A stretch of DNA of 64,000 nucleotides from Vicugna vicugna (Eukaryota): assembly GCA_013265495.1 (NCBI GenBank), contig MU059537.1, positions 682,001 through 746,000 on the forward strand, read 5' to 3'. The notes below the pieces were generated by a model that did not search any database, was not told where the DNA came from, and saw only the letters and a program-made list of their open reading frames with translations. How positions within the stretch are numbered: the first letter of the stretch is position 1; each line of letters starts with the position of its first letter. The position numbers and the translations under genes were made by a program. Of the stretch, positions 32,216-43,989 are shown one piece after another.

Positions 32216-35200
32216 TTCCTGACATGACAGCAAATTTGGCCACAGCAACCAGGGGGTGACCTTGGAGGCAGACACCCTCAGACCACCGCCCTAGCAACAG
32301 CAAAGGAAGAAGGGAGGCCCTCGGCTGCCAAGGAGCCCCTGCCCCAACTAGACCCCCGACACACTGAGACGCTCTTTCCACTCAGACCCCTGGCAGCAGG
32401 GGAGGGGCGTGGAGAGCCCTATCTTGTCCCGCACCATCGACAAGCTCCAGGCACCTGGCCTCGGCCTCCGCCGCCCTCCCCTTCCTGGTCACACATGCAG
32501 GCAACGTCTCTTAAAGAGGGCGTCCTCCCGTGTCCCGCTGGCCTTAGTCTCTCATTAAAAGGCAGTGGAGTGAGGCCAATACTGCTCAGACCTGCGGTCA
32601 CCTGTACCCTGCCTCAGGGAGGTAGCCAGTCCTCTACAAATGGGCACTCACAGCCCCAGGACAGCTCTGAGGCTGGGTCACAGGCTAGCAGGCCTGGCAC
32701 ACAGTGGGCACTTGGGGACGGTCAGTGACCATCCTGGGACCAGCCCACAGCTGCTTGTCCCCAGCCCATGCATGTCCCTGGACCAGCCAGTCTCGCCCAG
32801 ACCGGCCAGTGGACACGCCTCCCAGCAGTGTGCTCCTGGACCCCGGATCCGCCCGGAGCCCTGGTTCTCACGCTCACTTCCTTGGGGTGGGGAGTAGGGG
32901 GTGGGGTACAATATACTCACCCTGACCCTGAAACCCCAGCGCACTCGCTGGGAGGGCTTTGCCCATGAGGACCCCACGCCAGAGCCTTCCAAGAGGAGGG
33001 GGGAGGCAAGAGGGGAGGAGAACAGGGAGAGACATGAGAGGGAGAGAAGCAAAAGGAGGGGTGCTCCGTGGCCTCCCCTGGCTGGCCAGGCAGGGCTGCC
33101 TGGCCCCTGAGCCCACCCGGCTCCCTCTGAAGGCAGGAGGCCTGGGCAGGCGTGAGGGAGCCAAGAACACAGGACGCGAGGCCCCAAGGGGTCAGCACCC
33201 CTCCTAGGGCTGGGCAGGCCCAGCTGGCAGGGTCCGTGGGAACAGTCCCCAGGCCCCACCGGCCACACTAAGGCCAGTCAGTGGGCATCAGGGCTGCTGC
33301 AAATGCCAGGGCAGCTGGGCACGTCCCAAGGGGCGGAAACCCAGGCCCCGATTCTGCTCCAACCACAGCCAGGCCTGCAGGCTGATCTGGGGGTCTTTTT
33401 GGGGTTCTGAGGGAGGGGCTGGAGGGGTGGGGGATGGGGGGAGAAAAGTGTTTGCAGGGCACAACCTCCCCTACTGTCACCATGCACGCCAGCAGACCAG
33501 ACCCTGCCCACCTCACTACCTCACCTCCTGCCACCCCCACCTCCTCAGCCCCTCAGGACCTCAGCCCCACCACCCCCAGTGGCCTCGGACCCTCCATCCC
33601 AGAGGCTGCCCCCTCTGCCTGCAGCCGGCTTCCCCACCCCCTTCCCCTAGACACCTCCTCCTTGATGACCCTCAGCTGGTCTCTTCCTCTGTCCCTACCC
33701 CCTGCCCCATGGGTTAGGGGCCGCTCCTCCGACTCCTTGGACCCCCACCTCCCCTAACATCACATAGACCACCCAGAGCTGGGACTACCGTGCCCTCATC
33801 CGTGTCTGGAGACTGTGACTTCGTGGGCCGCGGCCATGCTGGCCCTCATCTGGGACCTGTCGGGGGCAGGGGACGGACAGATGGACACGCTTGACGAATG
33901 GTTCAACCTACACTCCAGCCCTCGTGCCCAGCAGGCTCTGGCCGGCTCTGTCCTCTGCACTCCCTGCCTCCGATGTCCACCCGGGGACCCCCAGCCACTG
34001 GCTGTCCTCACAGGCCTGGGGGCCCCTGGGGACGGCCCTTCCGGTGACTTCCTGCCAGGGAAGCTGGGAGGAGGGGTAAACAGGCCTCCAGATGGCTTCC
34101 TGCGGCTGCCCAGCGGCCGTGGGAACAGCCCAGCCCCTGAGGCCACGGAGGAGAGGGTGGGAGCGGGGAGGGCTGCGTCGCCAGCAGAGGAGCACCTCTG
34201 CTCGCCCCGGGATGCCCCTTTAAGTCTCCCAACATCCCCACAAAAGGGGTCACACTTCCGTCTGCAGAGCGGGAAACTGGCACTGACAGGCGGCCTACAC
34301 CACAGGCCCCACGCCAGACCTCCCTCCGCTCACCACGTCCCTGCCCTTGCCAGCCTCTCACTGCCGGTGGAGGCAGGTCCTCCCAGCCCATTTTTGAGGT
34401 GGGGAAAACTGAGGCCAGAGAGGGGAGGGTCTCCTGGGGCAGGACAAGCCTATGGCTGTGCTGGGATGGGGTCCACTCCCCTCTCTCCCACACACACCCA
34501 GAGGCCCCTCATCTGTAAACAAGGGGACAACAGTGTGACCCCAGGCCACCCCACAAGGACTGCGCTGCCCCAGCTGAAGGGGCACCAGGCACGGCACGCC
34601 TGCCTTCAGTCCGAGCCCCAACCTGCACCCTGAGCGGGTCCTCGGTCTGGGAGCTGCCACACAGCTGATCGAGAGGACAAAGGAGGCGCCCTGACCACCT
34701 CTACTCCGGCCCAGAGCGAGCTCACAACGGTGCCACTGAAGCAATGATCATAATTCAGGCCGAGCCCCCGGGGAGCTGCCTTCGCCCAGCGCCCCCTTCC
34801 TGAAGCCTCTCCCTTCAGCTACTGTGATGCCCACATTCTTCAGGCGCAGTCCAGACACCACCTCCTCCCAACAGGCCGTCCTGACCTCCTGCCCGGACAC
34901 AACCTCAGGGTCTTGGGGACACAAGCTACAGGAAGGTGACAGCTATCTCCTGAAGGTCCTGTTCACCAGTGGGTCCCTCCCAGGGTCAGGACCACCTCTC
35001 TCTGCCTTCTTCCATCCCCGACAGGGGCCAGTGCAGGCCTGACAGCCCCTCAAGAGACAAAGGAAGGCAGGAACAAGGCCAAGCCAGGAGCCTGCATGCC
35101 CCACCGCACTACACAGCAGCCAAGATGGCGGTGACGGGGGCAAGAGGGAGGCAGGGCCATCTCGAGGGTGCCGGTTTATAAACAGGGTCCATCTAGACCC

Positions 35201-38200
35201 GGGACCTGCGCCCACTGGTGCCATCAGGAGAGAGGCCCACAGCTAACACAGAGGGGAGTTTCAGGTGAGATGCCTGTAGCACAGGTGGGCAGCCTGCTCT
35301 GGGAAATCAGCAAACGCCCAGAAGCCCGGAGCCTCGGCGGCTGTGGACTTTCTGAGCGATCTGAGTTTTCACGAGGAGCATGCTGACTCTGTACTTAAAA
35401 CAGTAAGGACAGGGAGCACTGTTTGCATGTTGCCCACCCCCAGTGGGAGCTCCTGGGGCCTGGCGGTGCCGTCACTGAAGACCCCAGGCCCTCTCTGCCC
35501 ACCCTCTGCACAGGGCCAGGTCCAAGAGCACAACTCAGGGAAACCAAGGCACCCACGGACGGCCCTTCCCGAGGTCCAGGCCTGAGAGGCTGTAAATGGC
35601 AAGTCGGCAGTGCCGGTCGCATGGGGCAGACGTAGGGTTGGAGGCCAATGGCCTGGCTCAGGTGACTTGGGCCACCAGCTTCGTCCTGACTCCCCATCCA
35701 GTCTGCTGGGATCCAGGGTCTACTCCAAGCTCTCCTTTATCTAGACAAGAAAACCGAGGTCCAGGAAGAGCAGCGGTCAGCCCAGTGTCATCCAGGGAGT
35801 CCTGGCAGAGCTGGGGCCGTGGCTAGGCTCCCTAGGGCTGTGTGGAGGGGACGGCGAGGTCACTGCGGGGAGCCCCAGGCACCCTCGGGCACCCCCTGCG
35901 CTCCACATGGCAATTCCCAGCAGACAGGCACTGGGCAGCCGGCCAGAGAGAAGCAAAGGCCAGGAGGAGCCCGGCAGCCGCCCCCGAGGGGAGAGGAAAG
36001 GGGGGAGAACGTCTGGTTTGGCAGAGCCTGGTCCAGGCGAGGGAGGGAGGAGGGGCCGGTGTCCCCGCACCAGCAGACAACACCCCACAGGTGCCAGCAG
36101 GAAGCAGCAGGAAAGGGCACCCTCGGGGTGGGGGACACAGAGCAGACAGCAAGCAAAGCCCAGGGTGTGCAGCCTTGGGGCGGTGATGGGACATGCGGGT
36201 GGCAGCGGGAACTCTGGCTGGGGTGGCGGGGAATCCTCCGCGCCCTCCTGCGCCTCTTCCAGGAAGCCTGAGTCACAATAGGGGCCCCGGGGCCAGGAGA
36301 GCGGCTGGGAGCACCAGTCCCATGGGAAGGGGACGGGGCAGGGCCACCCGCCCGCCTCCTCCAGCTGGGCCAGCCCTGGCTTCGGGGTCTCTGTGGCAAG
36401 TAAGGCCGTGGGAACAGACTCCTGCAGCTCCCAGGAGGGGATGCGGGGACAGAGGAGCTGATGAAAGCAGGTCAGAGCCCCCCTTCTGCAGCAGGGGAAA
36501 CTGAGACCCCAGAGGCGCAGAGTGGGCCCAAAGCCAGGTGGCTAATGACCTGTCATTGATTAAGTGTGTCCTGGACACTGGGTAGTTCCCCACTGATGTC
36601 ACAGCTGAGTCCTGTTCCAGCACAGCAGCCTCCAGCCATGCACCAGAAAACATCCCACCGCCCTGCTCTGGAACAGTCCATGGCTCCTACCACTCCATCC
36701 CCCAGAACCTGAGTTGGGAAACAGAACTACAGCATAATGCAGTCTGGGGGTTCCCAACCTCCAGCCGCCCACGTCAGCAACGGTGCTTCCTGCTTGGGAG
36801 CATCAGGCTCTCCTGGAGGACATGTGGGTGCACCTCAAAATGCACCAAGCGTCTGGGGGCACTTCCCCAACTGACAGCTGCTGATCTGATGCAGCCCCTC
36901 ATTTGCTAGTGTAGAATGGACACCCAGGGAGGTGACACGTACCCTGGACTCACCCAGGATTCAGCCAAGCTCAGGCCAGGCACACAGTAGATGCACAATA
37001 AAGGTGGCGGCCCAGAAGATCAAGGACAGAGAGGCAGGTTCGTGGCACAGAGGCCTGAGAACCGAGCTCAGGGCAGCTGGAGGAGCCGCACTGGGCTCAG
37101 GTCTGACTGCTGGATGAGTTTCTCCTGAACCCCCTTCCGGCTGCGATGGCGAGGACAGGAGAATCCCTCTCCAGCCATCCTGATGGACCATCACCCTCTA
37201 GAGATGAGAACACTGGTCTCCACGAGGCTCGAGCTGCCGCCATGCCCGCTGAGGCCCCTAGCACTGAGGCTCGTGTCCTAGCATCCAAACGTACACACTG
37301 CCTGCCTTGTGAGGGCTCTCAGAGGACTCCCAACTGAGGCCCAGGCAGCAGGGGGGACCCCAGGCCAGGCGCAGAACAGCCATTGTGGTAGAAACTGGGC
37401 CTGGACAAGGCTTCCACCTACCCCTGACGTGGGCGGCCTTCCAGATTCCCACCAGAACACTTCCCAGCCCTCTGGGGGCACAGGACCAAAGGTGGGGTTG
37501 GACAGAAGGGCCTCCTTCCCCAGTCATCACCGCCCAGAGCCCGTGAGACCGCGGGAGGTGAGCAGCTTTGCTGAACTTTGGGTCCTTACTGCAGGATGGG
37601 TGGACAATGGCTCTAGTTTGGGGGGGACAGGCCGGGATGGGGGTAAGGGGCCTGGCACACAGCTGGCACCCAACACACCCTGGCAAATTGCTTCTCTGTA
37701 CCTCGGCTTCCCCACCTGTGAAAGGGGCGACCAGCCCTGCCTCCAGGGTCACGGCAGCAGAAGACACTCTGGCCCCTGGGGACGTGGACAGAGCCTTGTT
37801 CCACACAAATGGACCTGCCCTCATTCCTTCCAGCCTTCAAGGTCCTTCCAGGCCTGGCTTCCTGGCCAGGAAAACAGCAGGGTGGAGAGGCCTAGCCTGA
37901 CCCTCCAGCCTATCTGGCAGCCCACCCGCCCCCTGTGCCCGCCAAGCACCCAGCACTGAAGACAGAGTCCACAAGAGCAGGGCCACATGTCCTGTTCCCT
38001 GGTCCTCACTGTCTGGGCCCCACCTGGCACAGTGGACCCTGGACAGGTGCGTCAGTCGGCATACATGGCCCCATCAGTCACATAGCATCACTGTCCCAAG
38101 TGAGAAGGGTCCCGTGCAGCTCAGTGGGGACACACCCAAGATGGCAGCCACGCCAGCCCTTCTGAGGGCCTCCTTCCCCTACACCCCACCAGTCCCAACC

Positions 38201-38644
38201 CTACTCCATTTCTTCCTGGTACATTCGTCACCTGCGTGGATGGGCCCCTCCACTTGTCTGCCAGCTCCATGGGGGCAGGGCCCAGGTTGGTCCTGATAAA
38301 AGCTCAGCAGTGCCCAGCACACACCACCTTGTTGGCCCCACTGAGGACCACTGCCCAGACTACGAGACCCTCCCTGCTCCCCACAGGGAGGCAGAGCACC
38401 ACAGCCTGAGACTGACCTCACCATCACCCACCCCTCAGTCCAGCACGAGGCCTGGCACAGAGTGTATGGAAAACACTGTGGCGGGTGTTGGGGGATAGCC
38501 AGCTCGCCCAGGGGACATTTGGGGGGCAGCCTCCCCTCCCAATACCTGCAGCGAGGGAGGCCTGGGTGGCCATGTGGACACCCTCATGCCTGCTTCAGGT
38601 TCCATTTACTCCTCAGAGCAGCCTGCCAGGGAGGCCAACCAGCA

Positions 38645-38790
38645 CCCACTTCACAGATGGGAAAACCAGGGCTCTGGTGAGGTCTGCAGGCGGAGCGGCT
38701 GGATATGACTCCACCTCTCCGGGCCTCAGTCTCCTCATCTGAGAAATGGGGTTAAGAATCTCATGAGAGGATCTGAGGAGGTCAGTGAAG
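38645..38790. mobile_element. Two MIR cores in opposite orientation
   Basis: cccacttcacagatgggaaaaccagggct (-) and ggcctcagtctcctcatctgagaaatgggg (+). Confidence 0.6.
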
Positions 38791-39519
38791 CCCTGCCTGC
38801 ACAGAGCTGCAAAAGGGCCTTCACTTGGGCAAGGCCACAGACACCCTTTGTCCGCTGAACCCCTCTGTCCACAGCCCCGCACTGCTCCAGCCTAGGAACA
38901 GGACCTCCTTGAGTCCATGCACTGATGCCTGGCACCCACCATCACGTGCAGGGCTGACCACAGAGCCCATCCGCCAGGAAGGAGACGCACAGCATGCCCA
39001 CCTGCCAGGCTGCGGTGCCCAGGCACACTGTGACCTGCTGGCCTGGACCCCACCCCCACCCTCAGACCCACTGTCAGGCTCCAGCATGTGGGGTCCCCAC
39101 GCTCCAGACAGGAAGGCCAGACCAGAGAGAGGGCTGCTCTGCCCACTTGGAGCTGACATGCCACCCCCGCCCCCAACTTGACTAGCCACCCACTAGCTGC
39201 CCAGAAGAATACAGGGGCGTGTAAAAGGCCATCTGGGACAAGGCTGCTAACCTGCTCTGGGGCTGAGGTTCTGTTTGGACAAGTGAGGTGTCACCAGGCT
39301 ACCAGCTCTAGCGCAGGTCTGAGAGCCAGGGCTCGGAGCGATCCCGGGACCTGGAGCTCCACCTAGGCGACATCCGCTGGCACCCTCATCTCATCTGTAA
39401 GGCAGGGAAGCCAGAGGGGTTGTGGCGGGCAGGAGCACTAGAGACCAAGTCCCCCCAAACTGTGCAGATGTGGAAACTGAGAAGGGAACGGGGGACAGCG
39501 CCAGATCCCCGCCTGGCTC

Positions 39520-40340
39520 TTGGGGAAGATGCGCTCGGGTGGGAGGTCTTCCGCCCCAGAATCGAAAGCTGGGGTCACGCCTCCCATCCCGGGAGTCCCG
39601 TCGCCGCGGGAAGAAGCCGCGGGCGGCGTCCCGAGCCGGCCTCTGAGCTGAGACTTGCACGTGGCAGTCGCTGGGCCCGCGTTCACGCCGGAGCCGCCGC
39701 CAGGCGCGGGGTCCCGGGACGCTGGGAGGCGGCCCGCCCTCGGCCCGCGCGCCCCGCCCCGCGCCCGCACCACGCGCGCGCCCCCGCCCGAGCGGGCGCG
39801 AGGAGACTGACCTGGCGGTCCGGGCGCCGGCTCCACGGGCGGAGGGCTCGGGGCGCGCACGCGCACGAGGGCCCGGCGCGCGCAGGCGCGGCCCCGCTCC
39901 GGGCGCGCGGGCAGGGCCTGGCGGATCACATGGGCGGCGCGGCCCAATGGGAGCGCTCCCCACGCCGGGGCCACGCGGACACAAGTGCGCGCCCCGGGCC
40001 CCGCCCAGGTGGGGAGCGGCCGTGGGGGGCTGGCTTTGATTCCGGGTCGCCCGCAAGCACGCGGGAGCAAGTTGTCGGGGCGGTCGTGGGGCGGCTTGAC
40101 CCCGAGAGAGGGTGAGGAGGGCGGGGTCCGCCGGGTCTGAGGGATAGAGTCCGGTACAGGGTTTCACGAAACTTCTGGAGTCCTCGATTTCCCCTCGTGT
40201 CGGTTGGGGCTGAGCCCCACGCACACGGGCAGGTTGCTGCGAGGATGGGGCGTGTGGAAAGCAGTCACCTGCCCCGGGCTTAGGGTCAGAACCGGGCTCG
40301 AGGCCCCAGGGCCGCCCCTGATACGTGGGGCGGGAGGTGG
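39520..40340 (-). promoter_or_regulatory. PTP4A3: CpG island: distal PTP4A3 promoter and probable non-coding exon 1 (~39750-39661)
   Basis: Densest CpG/GC-box block in the window, with CCAAT (~39946) and CACATG E-box (~39928), ~26 kb upstream of the AUG, consistent with the long first intron known in human. Exon limits uncertain. Confidence 0.7.
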
Positions 40341-41140
40341 CTTTCGGAGGGCTGGGTTAGGCGCACCGATAGAGGTGCACAGAAAGTGGCAGCTGCCCCT
40401 CTAAGAGCCAGCGTTGACGCTGGTGCAAGCGAGCCTCCACACCCCTCCGATCCTCCACGCCAGGATAGCCCACCCAGGTGCCCTGCCACTTCAGCCGCCA
40501 GCCAGCCCCTGGGGGATCTTTAGGTGCCCCTTTGGGGACTTGTGAGGAGGTCCCCTTCTGGATAAGCCCTTCCTAGGGATCTCGTGATTTGGCCAGTGGT
40601 GACATGTGGAGGAGGCTCAGGACAGAGAGGGGACAGAGAGGTGGACATGGAAACTGGCCAGGGTCTAGGGGTTGCTCACCCACCCAGCCCTGTCCCCTTC
40701 ACCAGTCAGTCCATGGACCATCTCCCCAGCCCAGCCAAATGCCAGCCTCTCCCTAAGGCTCTGGTCCTGCCTCCACTTCCTAGAGAGGATACCCTCTGAG
40801 CGTCCAGCTGCAACAGCTGACCCCTGGACCCCTGGAAGGCAAGAGTGAGAGCCCGCCCTCCTTTGTGCAGAATCCCACAAAGCTGCTGGGAGTGGAGTGG
40901 GCAGAGAGAAAGGGGGAGAGCTGAATGGTGATTCCATAGCGGGAGGGGTGGTCTCAGAACTGACCCTGGCACAGGAAGTGGTGCCACGGAGCTGGTGGCT
41001 GAGTGAGGAAAAGGCAGAGTCAGAATCCAGGCCTGAATTCCAGGTGCCCAAATCCTCCCTGGGATCGAGGTCCCAACCCACCACGTAACCCCTGTCACTG
41101 GACCTGCCCCCCCACTCCCCACCCACCCCCCACCTACCCC

Positions 41141-41261
41141 NNNNNNNNNNNNNNNNNNNNNNNNNNNNNNNNNNNNNNNNNNNNNNNNNNNNNNNNNNNN
41201 NNNNNNNNNNNNNNNNNNNNNNNNNNNNNNNNNNNNNNNNNNNNNNNNNNNNNNNNNNNNN
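41141..41261. other. Assembly gap (121 N)
   Basis: N run flanked by C-rich sequence. Confidence 0.99.
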
Positions 41262-42344
41262 CCCACCCCCCACCTACCCCCCTCACCCCCTGCCCAGCAT
41301 GGCCGAGAGGAGGCCCCCGGCTGGGGAGGAGGGCCTGCAGGGGAAGGTGGGCTAGGAGGATGGGACCGGGGAGGGGCCGCTGGGCGGGCAGGATTAGCAG
41401 ATTAGCTTCAAGGAGGACAAAGATGAGGTCAGTGCTAAGTGGATTTCCAGAAAGCAGCCTCCATCCCAGCATACCTGACCCCAGATGCAGCAAGACTACA
41501 AAGAAGGGGCTGGGAGCCAGCCTTGGGGCAGCAGGCAGTGGCTTTTGAGCCCCCACCGCGAGGCTGCACGCATTAACCTCGTCTTCCCTCAGTTTCCTCA
41601 TCCCTGTGGGGTCAGAGTGGCAGCTCCAGCCTTAGAGGATGAGATTTGTCAGCACCGGCTTGGTTCCACCTGGCATTGGCAGGTGCTCAGCAGACATGGT
41701 TAGGACTGTCCTTCCAGAATCGTCCTCAAGCCCCAGCGTCAAACGTGAGCAAAGAAAAAGAGCTTCTGATTTAATGTTAGGTCAGGAAAACACAAACGCT
41801 GGGTGTGAGGTATAGGACAAGAAAAGTCACCTCAGGGACTGATCCCTGGTGGCCACGTCATACCCATTTCAGCCACAGAGGCAACAGCCGGCCCGCAGTG
41901 TGGTGGGACCCTCCTGCCCCTGACAGTGTCCCACCTGCTGTGTGCACCGCGCCCCCAAGGTGTTAACAGCCAGGACAACCCTCACCTGTGGTGTTCACCG
42001 CCTCCCTCCCGCGGACTGACTATCCTAGGCGTGTCCAGAACACCTCCAGAGGTCCAGGATGCATGGAGAGAGCCCACAGCACACCCAAGTGCTGGCTGTC
42101 CTGCCCATGCCCTCATCTGGGACCACAGGAGTAGACTGCACCCAAGTCCCTGCCTCAGGCTCTGCTATCAAGGAAGTCAGAGGAGCACCTGTGTTCCAAA
42201 CATGAAGAGGAAGCTGACTTGGAGAGCAGGACTCGGGGGGAGGGGCTGTGAGGGCAATGGTCCATCTCTCTCATTCCCAGATTTCTAATAATACAGCCAA
42301 GTTGCTTAAACGATAAGACACGTGACTTTGCACCAGCTATTCAT

Positions 42345-42700
42345 TGGCTATATATGCTGTGAAACAGTCACCCCAAACTCAGTGGCCTGAAAGAGCAATA
42401 ATCATCCATCCTTGCTGGGGTCTGTTGGTCAGGACGGCTGGGCAGCTTTGGCTCAGGCTCCCTTGGGAGGTGTGTTCGTGGCCAGGCTGCCTCATCTGAA
42501 GGCCTGCTTGGGGCGGGAAGACCGGCTTTCAAGCTGGCTCACTGTCGCAGTTGGCCAGCTGTGCAGGCTGTTGGCCATGGCTCCATCCCTTCCCTCGTGA
42601 GCAGGTGTTCAAGGGGCTGCTTCGGTGTCCTCGCTGCACAGCGGCTGGCTTCCCCAGGTCAGGGTCTCAGAGAGCAGGGGAGCGGCAGCCAGGTGTTCGT
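42345..42700 (-). mobile_element. MLT1-type MaLR solo LTR
   Basis: atatgctgtgaaacagtcaccccaaactcagtggcctgaaa...ggctgggcagc...ctcatctgaaggcctgcttggggcggga...tttcaagctggctcac. Confidence 0.75.
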
Positions 42701-43580
42701 AACCGAGCCTTGGGAGCCGCACTCCTCCTCCATTCTGGTTTCCCTTGGTCACACAGGCCAGCCGAGACCGTGTGGGAAGGGCAGGACCCCTTCAGGGGCC
42801 CGCAACCTCGTCAGGAGGCAAGGCCAGCCGCAGGATGAGCTCAGGTCCCTGAAGGGGAGGTGGGGGTCCTCCCTCCCAGTGCCAGGGTGGAGGAGGGGCA
42901 GTTCTTATGCCCAGACTTGTGAGACTTGCCGATGGAGTGCGGCGTAGGGGCTCTGGGGGGCGTCTGAGCCCAAGCGCCTGTGCAGGGGAGGGTCCCCAGC
43001 TAAGCCTGTAAGCTCCAGCCGTTCCATCGCTTATTGGCTGAAAACCCTGGTTCTGACAAACTGACAGTGTGAGTGGGGGAACCCAGCCAGACAGCTCCCC
43101 AATTACAGTAGTCAGGAGCCCCCACAGAGGCCGTGGGCTCTGGGAATCAGAGAGGGTGCGTCCCAAGCATCAGCGTGTGAGGGTGGGCCTGCAGGCAAGC
43201 AAGCCAGGAAGCCTGCTCCCGGGTATGCACAGACCTCCCTGAGGACTACCACGCCATGTGTGTCCCCTCCCCGACCCTGCAGACCCCTGAGTCCATCCGC
43301 ACCCACCGCTGCACTGGGCGACCTCCAGCTCTGCACCTAGATCCCCCAGTGCACCAGGTCAAGCCCATATCCTGGCGTTTGCACAGCTGAGCCTTCCGCC
43401 AGGGTGCTGCAGCGCGGAGCCAGCAGCCAGGACCCGGCGCGCTAGGGCCCCCGCCCCCCACCAGTGAGAAGGCCCGAATGCCGACGTTGCCTGCGTTCCC
43501 GACGCTTCCCACTGGGGCCGGGAGGCTTGGGGTGAGCGCCTCCAGGCGCCCGCCAACAACAGGCATCAGGCATGCCTCGC

Positions 43581-43599
43581 GGGCGCCCCCTCGTGGTGC
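43581..43599 (-). promoter_or_regulatory. CTCF motif, reverse orientation
   Basis: Reverse complement GCACCACGAGGGGGCGCCC; core CCACGAGGGGGCGC. Confidence 0.7.
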
Positions 43600-43926
43600 C
43601 TGTGGGAAGGGCCGGCGGCACGGGCGTGAGACCTGGGCGGTCACAGGCCGGAGCTCAGCCCCTCACAGAAGTCTGCACACAGGAAATGGGGATACAATGC
43701 TTGTGGAAGGCGGGAGGGCAGTCTCTGCTGGGAAAAGGCCAGGAGGCTTCCTGGAGGAAGAAGCATCCCCACTAGGCCCTGAAGGGGACATGGGGTTAGG
43801 ATTTGTCCAGGTCGGGGTAGGGGACTCTGAGGCCCAGGGAAAGGAGGGACAGCCAGGACCACCAGCAAGCCGGGAGTGACAGGTGGGGTCCTGCGGGAAG
43901 ACCACCAGCTGTGTCTCAGCAAGCTC

Positions 43927-43989
43927 ATCCCCAATGTAGAAGCCCCCAGTGTAGACCATCCCCAATATAGACTGTCCCCAGTGTAGAAG
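43927..43989. repeat. ~16-bp tandem repeat x4 (TCCCCARTGTAGA...)
   Basis: tccccaatgtagaagc / ccccagtgtagacca / tccccaatatagactg / tccccagtgtagaag. Confidence 0.8.

Noticed and set aside
29188-34633. Several 250-270 aa ORFs in PTP4A3 intron 1 (29188-29967, 29213-30001, 33815-34633)
   Set aside because: No domain-like sequence; one runs into a MIR core (RWGKLRPERG is the translated MIR motif).
39352-39370. Weaker CTCF-like motifs (here, ~41846 and ~50905)
   Set aside because: Three or more mismatches at core positions.
39391-40224. Overlapping 210-277 aa ORFs across the CpG island
   Set aside because: Ala/Arg/Gly/Pro-rich translations typical of CpG islands; no homology or splice logic.
43568-43577. 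p53 half-sites (AGGCATGCCT here, GGGCATGCCC at 11398-11407, overlapping pair at 9863-9881)
   Set aside because: PRL-3 is a reported p53 target, but none of these has a correctly spaced second decamer.
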